NCBI GenBank assembly: GCA_964035545.1
Contig: OZ037769.1
Location: 2,356,001-2,420,000, forward strand
Direction of reading: 5' to 3'
DNA from: Bugula neritina
Taxonomy: Eukaryota; Animalia; Bryozoa
DNA length: 64,000 bases
Shown: positions 56,135 through 64,000 of the stretch, one piece after another
Numbering within the stretch: the first letter of the stretch is position 1
How the letters are laid out: every line of letters starts with the position of its first letter
Program-made: the position numbers and the translations under genes
Notes under the pieces: generated by a model
Seen by the model: the letters and a program-made list of their open reading frames with translations, nothing else
Databases searched by the model: none
Told to the model about the DNA's origin: nothing

Positions 56135-59069
56135 GTCTTTAGATTCCTTAATATACTATCTCAGCAGTGATTAGTGTAAGCTGTTACTTTGAGGAATGAC
56201 AAGCAAAAGATTGATTAGTAGCCAAAGATAGTAGCTTGAAAAATATTAGGTATAGATATTTAGCCCTCAATTAGCAACCTGAAATAAACAGATGAAACAC
56301 ATATATATCATCCACTATGTCATTAAGCTTTACACTTACAGCATGTGTAACTTAAAAGTGCTGTGAATTTAACAGAAAATACAGTTTTAGGCTATGTTTG
56401 TCCAATTCTGATACTAAAAGTAAAAAATTGTAGAGTCTAAACTGTAAAACTCATTAACTATTGGCACTGTCAACGTATAACATGATAAAGTTTAAACTAA
56501 ACATTAATATATACAACTTATTACTAACTTTCTCCACCTCTGGCACTCCTAATAATTCACTCCAGTGGCAATTATCATGCTTTCAATCATCTAAGATACG
56601 TGCTGAAGAAGTTCAATTTGAATTTCTGTTTTCACAGTTTTACTTCTATAAAATTGTATGTGTCATGAGATAAGCGATATAACTTTATCAGTTAGTTGAT
56701 GTTCAACCAGTTTTCTTGTAATAACTTTCCAATTTGAAATTTATCTCCATCTCCAAACCAAATTGCCGTAATTACGTTGCTGCTGAGTTCAAAATTAATC
56801 CTGGATCTTTTCTCGTTGTCTATATTTTGTCAGAATCAGATATAAATCTGAGTTATAGCTGGAGCAGCAAGTATTACTACAAATACAAGTACAACTATAT
56901 TATTCAAATAAATAGTGCGAAACTGAAAGTGAATGTGAGTTCAAGAGTTAGTGTGAATGTCTGGTAACTTAAGGCTGATCCTAATTTTATAACTATTTAT
57001 TTAATTTTTATAGGGCAATTTGAATTTTGGCAATACATATACTAATACTTAAAATTCAATTCGATGTTATAATTATAGTCATTTATTCATAATCATGGTG
57101 ATGTTAATAATTCAAACTTGGAAATCAATTATTGAGTTAATTACGCCTAAACAATACCACAGGCACAAGTATAACAATATGTATATTAATATAAATATTG
57201 CTATTCATATCGTAACGCCAACGGTATTGCATTAAATTTAAATTCAATTAGAATATCAATACAATTATATGAATACATAAAACTAGAATAAAAATGAAAA
57301 TGTCAATCATTTCAATGACCATAACAATAAGTATCACAACCAGTATCAGAATATCAAACTCAATCTGAATCTACGGGCACAATCACAATGATAATGATCA
57401 TGATGAATGACAAACTAATACTGAAGTACGAGTCAGATGCTGTAGTTCTACTAGTAGCAGTGGTAGTACTAATAGTACTAGTAGCACTACTCTACTAGTA
57501 CTAGTACTTCCAGTTTTACAAAAAGTGAACACATATATGATATATGATTATGATATAATTATATATTTTTTAATTTGCTTAAATTTCAATTAGATTCGAT
57601 TGTAAACCGTTTCATGTGTTTTTTTAGCAAACCAGAGTCATTTTAATGTTTGCTACTTCACAATGAAATTTTTACCTGTGGTCAGGGTCGGTCAAATCTA
57701 ACAAGATTTCTTGTAAAAAATACTCAGTCTGAATTTTCCTTAGAAGAAATAATATTATAATCATTTGTAGCTAACCTAAACCTGAGTCACATTCGAGAAT
57801 TCAATAGGCGTGTCTAAGAAGGCGGAAAACCTTGCCACAAAACCAAACAGCTAGCAGTGCGGGTTATGTATTTTGAGCCCAACCAGTTAGACAAAATTAG
57901 TTATTGTTTCTAAGGCTTAGTGTCAACTCTATTACAAGAGTTGTCCTCTCAAGTAATGGTCGCATATATTAGAAAAAAAAATGTTGCACCTTGTACATAA
58001 TATTATTATAGTACTTTTCTTAACATCATAATAACATTTGTTATTATGTTAACACCATTCACAATATTATGCTATCAATCTCCATATCCTTCCCACAAGT
58101 ATCTGGTGATTTTCAAAGTTGAGGTTACAACAGAAATAATGTAAAACATATTATAAACATATTATAATGTATACTACTCATACTTAAACTTCAAATAGCA
58201 TTTACATCACATTTGCTTCAACTTCTTAAAGTGAGTTGAATTTGTCAAAGTGTATATATTCTTCAGGCTCTACTTTTTTTAATACAAGCCCATACAGGAC
58301 CATGTCATGCCACTAAATTATAATGTAGCTGTAGCATATTAACATCAAAATGTGTGTACTAGCAGAAATTAGGCAAAAAACACATTTTAAGACTAAATAT
58401 ATTTACTTATTTCAATACATTAAACTATATACCCTGTTATTGCACAATAAAAAATTAAAATAATTAGTAGAAATATTGTTTAAAGTACAATGAGCACAAT
58501 GCACAAGTTTTGTTCATTCCAGATAAAATCACAGTTGAGTGCAAGATACAAAAAATATACAAAACTGATTCAACTCTAGAATACTACTTCTTAAATATTT
58601 TAATCCTCCAATGATTAGCCAAGAAAATCACCAAATAGACATAAATTGAACCAATCATAAACTATTTACAGTTTAAAATGATAAAAATAAACAGTTACTA
58701 ATATATCATTATAAACATCTAGAGTACGTGAATGAAAAAAGTGGATGTGAGATTATACGGAATAATAATTCATTTGCACGCACACAGTGCAGAAGAGCTC
58801 ATCATCTATCTATCAACTACAGACAATGAACATAACCTTACAACGTCATAAATATACCTACAATGAAGATAAACATGGCTAAGATGAGCGGAGACAAACA
58901 GACAGACAGATGAATATTTAATGATAATCAGATTACAATGTCAGTAAACCCTCAGTTAAATCTATCAACAGCTGTTCAAAAGCTGCTTCTATCAACTGTT
59001 GATTTTATCAACAGTTGGTTGTGTCAACAGCTGCTTCTATCAACAGTTGGTTCTATCGACGGTTGGTTC

Positions 59070-62000
59070 TTATTTGATGAGCAATGAGTCTATACTCCGA
59101 GACAGCTGAATGGGGTAGGAAGGACTTCTTATCACACGTTTACGAGGTATTTTCTCCACCAGAGTGTTGAGAATAGCAAAGGAGGGTCTATCCTGCGTGC
59201 TGTACATCCAGCACTTCATGAGAATGTCCTGCAACGGGAACACGGGCTATACTCAAAGCAAAGTGATTCAGTAGAGTATCATCACTACACAACTAGGTCA
59301 AGGTCGCAGTGCAAAGATAATACAAAAGCAAGAGAGGAATAATCCAAAAAAGTGCTGTAATGTAACAAAAAATAGTGTCAAAGTCAGTTCACTTACTTTG
59401 GCTTCTTTGGTAGCAGTGTTCATTCGATGTAGAGGGGGCTTCATACCCTGCCCGACTTGCCATATAATGATTTCAGCGGGCACCCTGTAGTTATAAGGCC
59501 ACTCTCCACACAGCAGTTCATACCATACGGTTCTGAAAGAGAAACCAGGTGTATGTATACATGTATATATTATATGTTATACAATGGGGAAGGATTAAAT
59601 AAAGCATAGCACTAACTTCCAATACATTGCTTAACAGTTCTGAGTCTAAGCAAAACACTTACTAGTCTACTGTGTTACAATAAAAAATTGAAAAAGAAGC
59701 TTTTTTGTGGTTACGAGTATTTAAATACAGGAGTACTGACTCCACAGACTAACAGACAGACAGACAGACAGAGAGGAAGCTGTACTCAGACCCAAACTAA
59801 ACTCACCCAAAAGCGAAAACGTCTGACAGTTTGCTGAAGGGAAGCTGAACACCGAGCTCACGTGAATTTGATATCCGCAGCGCCTTGATTATCTCAGGCG
59901 CAAGATAGTTGAGCCAGCCATCGGGCACTCTCATCACGCCTCCCCGACTGCAAGTATAAATATATGTGTGAGCTCAAGCTAGAAGGATGTGAAACTAAAC
60001 CTGGTTCCTGGAAATATTAAATATACTTGCCGTAATTTATCAAAATGACAAACCTAAATCATGCGGTTATAATTGAGCAAAACATGACTATTCGGACCAA
60101 TCGTTATTGACCTGGTAAAACTTTCAACTAATCACAACCATGATAACATCTCCGCACTTCCTGTCCTCAGAAAAGTTGTACGAGTGGTGTAGCTGTAACT
60201 CACCTGGATTTGGAAGGAGCTAAAGATATACTCTGTAAGCCGAAGTCTGTGATGACAACCTTCTCAAGTTCAAGGAAAATGTTCTTAGAGGTCAGGTTCT
60301 TGTGTATGATATCCTTAGAGTGGAGGTACGCCATGCCCTGCAACACATCAGAGTTAAAGGACACACAACAGACACCATCAACTGATTCCATCAGAGAATA
60401 CTGTATAGTGCAAGCATAAATCACAAATCAGTGCTTTGATTTGAAAACAGGTTTCAGAGAGACTAGGAAACAGTTTTAGCCGGTTTAGCAACTTCTGGCA
60501 ACATGAAAGACAAATCGTGTTTCAAAAAAATTGTAATAAACTTTAGCTGAGAAAAGTTACTCGTTCTTTTATGAAGATTTACAGCGCCCAATCGGAAAGT
60601 GGGAAATATTGTGTTGGAGAAAACTCTGGAAATGCAAAGAACATTGTGATATACAGGCTACAGCACAGCACAGCACAGCACAGCACAGCACAGCACAGCA
60701 CAGCACAGCACAGCACAGCACAGCACAGCACAGCACGTACTGCTATCATGTATAGCGCGAGTATCATGACACAGGGGCAATGTTCTACAAAGCGGTAGCA
60801 GACTCACCTGTATTATTTGACAAGCAATATTCGTGATTCTGACGAGAGGCAGTTTAATATTCGTTCGAGTATCTTGGTACAGAGTGTGGCCGTTAACATA
60901 GCTGTAAACAATACAACATGATAATGTAAATAATACATGATGATGCTGTAAACAATACAACATGATGGTGTAACATAAACAGTCAACCAGTTATTTTTGG
61001 GTATCAGTTGTCCTGCAAATTTACAGGAATAAACAACTCCCAACCGTGTACAAGAAGATCAACAACCACTGACAGATGCTATCACCTCCTTACTCTATGT
61101 ATATAACATATAAGAGAGTAGACCGAGTTCCAACATACTTTGTAACTATAGCCAGGGGCTTCATACAGGCCCCCATGAAGAGCACAATATTATCATGCCT
61201 CGTCTTCTTCAGTGTCACTATATCCTGTTTGAAAGCCCTCATTTGAGATTGTACGTCAATGGATGGGTTAATCGGTATTAACTTGATGGCCACGTCGCCG
61301 TGCCACTGGCCCCTGCATCATAGAACACATGTGATTCCAGCTATCAAGGAGGGACAAATCCCACAACTCAAGCATTCAGAATGTTTTATTTTATGTAAAG
61401 TAAGACTTTTCTTGTAAACATGTTTAGTCTAATGCTGAAATTACATCGTTTAAAACAAAAATAAAAATTCTATGTTACTTAGCAAATCATTCTAGAAAAT
61501 TTTGTATCGTAAACCAAAACATTTCAAAAGCTTGGCAAAGAAAATATTAATGTTGAGTTGAAAAATTTGTATAAAAGATGAAAAATATATCTTAGAAAGA
61601 CTCCACAGTGTCAAATTACATACTTGCAGAGAGAACATATTAGTATACAATATTAGTATATAGTACAGACTTGTACAGAGTATACCGTATAATATATTAC
61701 TATATGTAGTATAGAGTATACTGTATAATATATAACTATACATAGTACAGAGTATACCGTATAATATATTTCTACATACTTATATACAGTTCCTAAGTTG
61801 CCAGTACCAAGTTCGTCTCCAAACTTCAACTCATTATAAGGAATTATCCACTCCTCAAGAGCCTTAGAGAGACTAGGCTGACGGTACATGGGGGTGTGGT
61901 CATCCTCCCCCTTGAAACTGATCTCTAACTGCTCAGGCAATGTCCTCTCAGATGAATTACTCTGCAATTATAGTAAAACCAGGATGAGAATACCTGTGTA

Positions 62001-63553
62001 CTCTAGTACTGTGGAGAATACCTGTGTACTCTAGTACTGTGGAGAATACCTGTGTACTCTAGTACTGTGGAGAATACCTGTGTACTCTAGTACTGTGGAG
62101 GGGAGAATACCTGTGTACCCTAGTACTGTGGAGGGTGAGAATACCTGTGTACTCTAGTACTGTGGAGGGGAGAATACCTGTGTACCCTAGTACTGTGGAG
62201 AATACCTGTGTACCCTAGTACTGTGGAGGGAGAATACCTGTGTACTCTAGTACTGTGGAGGGGGGAATACCTGTGTACCCTAGTACTGTGGAGAATACCT
62301 GTGTACCCTAGTACTGTGGAGGGGGGAATACCTGTGTACCCTAGTACTGTGGAGGGGGGAATACCTGTGTACCCTAGTACTGTGGAGGGGAGAATACCTG
62401 TGTACTCTAGTACTGTGGAGGCGGAAGGGGGAGGTGGTTTCAAATGTGAACTGAGGAGCTAGTTGATGGCAAATACAAATTGTTGAATTAGAATTAAGGC
62501 TTTTTGACTGTTGAAATTGAATATATTTAAGTAAAACCAGTCATGGCAGTGCTATTGCCCAATAGAGCAACAGTTTTTTATCTTCTGTTTTTACTTTTAA
62601 CTAAATATAACAAAAAATCTACCAGAAGGGCATAACTCCAAAAAATTGAGTAGAAATTACAAAATTCTTATTGAACATGTAAACTGAGGAATGTTTCGAG
62701 TAAGTAATGATCATCAACTAAATATTTGAAGTAAGCAGGCTATCAAAGAGTTGCACGCAAAAAAGTTTACTATTTATTTTATAATGTGTAAATTTAAATA
62801 AAATATATAGTAAATAAATAAAGTAAATAAAATAATAGTGAACCAAACTTAATTACAGCTTACAATAATTATAGCAACTTTAGGAGTCATCTGCCTTTTT
62901 GGCAGTGCAAGTTATTTTTGTCACATTGAGAAAAACATTAAATCAAATAGAAAGTAATACAAGGAGACAATATGATGTGAACAAAGAGGTTGCCTGCCCA
63001 CTGCTCAGAACTTTATGACTCATCATAATTTATTCCAATTTAAATTCATAATCAATATTAAAACTTCCATCGATTACAAATAGGAAAATTAGTCTTTGAG
63101 GGAAAATAAATCAGCAAATAAAGGGAATTGCTGAGTGAAATAATTGCATATTGATTTAATATGCTGGAATCTAATTTGTTGACAATGTATGAGTTGCGCA
63201 TCTTCATGCAAATTCACAACATTTGAGCAAAATAAGCAGTTCATATTTTTCAGGCTTGTTACACAACAGTAAATGCAATAAATAATTATAGTGAAGTACA
63301 AAATAGATTGCTATTATACTGCTTTATGAAACAAAATAATTATATACAATGATGCAATACAGTACAATAATAGATGTGATAAGATAGCCTATATTTAAGG
63401 TGAATTACAAATTATGTAAGTTCAACTCAGTATAAAATAACTACATCTAATAACAGACTAAGATTGCTACAAAGATTGACCAATCAAAGCAGACTTACAT
63501 CTATCACAGTTTGATCACTGCCTTCAGACTTCTGAGTGTCTACATTCAGCTCC
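59070..63553 (-). CDS. KSR: Kinase suppressor of Ras (KSR)-type RAF-family (pseudo)kinase; partial, 5' exons lie right of the window
   Basis: Exons 63499-63553, 61780-61961, 61139-61312, 60808-60901, 60204-60337, 59807-59947, 59397-59532, 59070-59228. LEEWIIPY, GTGNLG, GQWHGDVAIK, KKTRHDNIVLFMGACM, GMAYLH..HKNLTSKNIF, VVITDFGL, WLNYLAPE, SDVFAFGTVWYEL, IIWQVGQG, C-terminal RSPSYP. These are KSR-type rather than RAF-type strings. Confidence 0.88.
60659..60736. repeat. (CAGCA)n microsatellite
   Basis: About 15 perfect copies. Confidence 0.95.
61987..62420. repeat. 27-33-nt minisatellite next to a KSR acceptor
   Basis: Unit gagaatacctgtgtac(t/c)ctagtactgtg(gaggg), about 14 copies. Confidence 0.93.
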
Positions 63554-64000
63554 CTACACCAGGTAAACAACATAATAGTAGCAATTACAGAGGCCACGCT
63601 GGTAAATGTGTTTCTGTTCACAGCAGTAACTGTTAAGTATCGGTAACAGCTTTGCGAAAATAACAAGATGTGAGACAGGTAGCAGTAGGTGCACCCATGA
63701 ACTGACAACTAGGATGGCAGACAGCGGCAAGTGTGAAAATTGAAAGAAATGACATAAGGCAGTCAGTGACTCCCAAATCATGAAAACATATTAAAGTCTA
63801 ATTGCCGAATATTGATCAGTCAAAGCTGAGGCTAAAGACTTTTAGTGTTTAATGTAGACAAAACTTAGACATATAAGGGATATTGGTCTCATTTGAAATT
63901 CTATTCAAATCAATATCAAATGTAAAAGATGAGTCCCAAAAACATTTTAATTTGTAGTATTTGATTGCTTTTAATAAAAATTTATATGATTAATTCCTGA

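Noticed and set aside
62399-62460. Constitutive KSR coding exon
   Set aside because: No stop-free frame ends in phase 0 to join 61961, whereas 63499 splices directly in frame (TVID|SNSSERTL)

Overview
AT-rich, gene-dense animal (invertebrate-type) nuclear DNA with spliced genes. No prokaryotic features, CRISPR or rRNA. Exon chains were assembled by hand using GT-AG junctions and phase consistency. In order: choline dehydrogenase (-, 3' part runs off the left edge), mitochondrial ClpX (-), a two-box HMGB-like gene (+, head-to-head with ClpX), a claudin-like 4-TM protein with a very long tail (+), ATG9 (-, 17 coding exons), an intron-containing tRNA-Tyr(GTA) (+), SMKR1 (-), NTF2 (+), a syntaxin-1-family gene (-) and a KSR-type kinase (-, 5' part runs off the right edge). 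Main unexplained signals: (1) many intronic minisatellites whose first unit sits on, or contains, an exon-intron junction, giving arrays of decoy splice sites; (2) degenerate AGT/ACT-rich tracts just inside the 5' end of nearly every gene; (3) a 3.25-kb TIR element that splits one of the arrays; (4) a KSR whose catalytic Asp is Asn; (5) a candidate 78-aa ClpX cassette exon. Family calls rest on remembered motifs; no database search was run.
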